From Escherichia phage inny, in sequence record MN850601.1: 64,000 nucleotides of DNA; one strand, given 5' to 3'. Within the stretch, counting starts at the first letter, position 1. The number at the start of each line of letters is the position of its first letter. The translations under genes were made by a program, and so were the position numbers. Below, in pieces: positions 63,306-64,000 of this stretch. The notes below the pieces were generated by a model that ran no database searches, was not told where the DNA came from, and saw nothing but the letters and a program-made list of their open reading frames with translations.

Positions 63306-63815
63306 TTAGCGATAAAATTGATGTTCTTTGTAGCGGTACACTAGAACCATATCTTTTTCCCAGTGTGCTCTTATTGTAGATTTTTTAAAGTATAATGCTC
63401 CTTTTGTAATATCTAATGCAATTCGTAATTCTGGAAAATGCGTATCGAGATAAAGTAGACGTTCTGCTATAGCCTTAGCTTCCTTCCACTTATCACGTTC
63501 CATAACGTTGAATGTCTTTGTGTAAGAGAATTGTCCTTTTTGAAACAAAACTTCTTTTATAGTATCAGGGAAATATGAATCTCTAGCCCTATTCAATACT
63601 ACATTACCAACAGCAGACATACCGCGCTTTCCTTGATTACGACTTTCTGCATAGATTGCACAAGCTAATAGATTTTCTTTACTATCACGCTTTGTACACT
63701 TGTGAACTACTTTAGCAGTTTTTACGTTTGCAGCTTCGGCTTGCGCCACAACAGGTGTAAATGTAAAAGCAGTTAAGGATAGTAACGCAATTGCGACAAA
63801 GGTTTTTATTGACAA
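63306..63815 (-). CDS. secreted cell-wall hydrolase, SleB-like domain
   Basis: 169 aa; TTG start behind AGGAGG; signal peptide ending VVAQA; SleB-family block AIYAESRNQGKRGMSAVGNVVLNRARDSYFPDTIKEVLFQKGQFS. Confidence 0.55.
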   Translation of the reverse strand: MSIKTFVAIALLSLTAFTFTPVVAQAEAANVKTAKVVHKCTKRDSKENLLACAIYAESRNQGKRGMSAVGNVVLNRARDSYFPDTIKEVLFQKGQFSYTKTFNVMERDKWKEAKAIAERLLYLDTHFPELRIALDITKGALYFKKSTIRAHWEKDMVLVYRYKEHQFYR

Positions 63816-63908
63816 ACTTGCCTCCTATTTTGTTAAACGAACTTTTATTGTAACACAGAAGAGGCTGTTTTGCAAGTGGAGGGGGGATAATCCCCCTCTT
63901 AGACTCTG

Positions 63909-64000
63909 TTAGATATTGTAAACCTTTGTATGAGTTACTACACCATCTTCTACAAAATCAATACGTTCTTGATCCGTAACTAGTGCAGACAACACTTTAA
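63909..64000 (-). CDS. hypothetical protein, 3' end only (gene starts beyond window end)
   Basis: minus-strand frame open from window edge to TAA at 63911..63909; followed by GC hairpin at 63879..63898. Confidence 0.3.
   Translation of the reverse strand, partial: KVLSALVTDQERIDFVEDGVVTHTKVYNI

Noticed and set aside
1-64000. Integrase, excisionase or attachment-site signatures indicating a prophage or integrative element
   Set aside because: No tyrosine/serine recombinase-like ORF or att-like repeat seen by eye; gene content fits a virulent phage. The only mobile element noted is the terminase intein.

Overview
This window reads as a large block of a virulent tailed phage (myovirus-like, resembling Felix O1-type enterobacterial phages); that family placement is inference from gene content and order, not from a search. 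Everything below is by-eye reading of sequence and motifs; no similarity search or RNA-folding tool was run.

Layout:
- 1-7600, minus strand: early/replication-side genes, including two polynucleotide-ligase-like enzymes, a P-loop kinase and a metallophosphoesterase.
- 7600-8000: AT-rich switch region.
- 8000-10700, plus strand: a PRPP-synthetase-like gene next to a NAMPT-like gene (NAD+ module).
- 11440-14200: an array of about 18 plus-strand tRNA or tRNA-like genes driven by repeated TTGACA-N17/18-TGnTAnAnT promoters.
- 15300-50900, plus strand: spanin pair, large terminase, portal, scaffold, major capsid, sheath, tube, tape measure, baseplate and three large fibre/spike genes.
- 50900-64000, minus strand: DNA methyltransferase, SSB-like protein, minimal CCA-adding-type nucleotidyltransferase, family A DNA polymerase, primase-helicase, a four-gene glycosyltransferase cluster and a secreted SleB-like hydrolase.

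Most worth a second look:
1. An RNA-repair-like trio (ligase + kinase + phosphoesterase) which, with the tRNA array and the CCA-adding-like enzyme, looks like a tRNA maintenance toolkit.
2. The Prs-like/NAMPT-like pair, a candidate NAD+ reconstitution module.
3. A 158-codon mini-intein splitting the Walker A motif of the large terminase.
4. Several non-canonical tRNAs: a type II tRNA with Asn-type anticodon GUU, a D-arm-less UCU tRNA, a 106-nt tRNA-like element, and two tRNAs with swapped T-loop positions 54/58.
5. A cluster of four glycosyltransferase-like genes, two of them tandem paralogues, beside the replication genes.
6. A candidate -1 frameshift site upstream of the tape measure gene, and a tail fibre carrying a sialate-O-acetylesterase-like domain.
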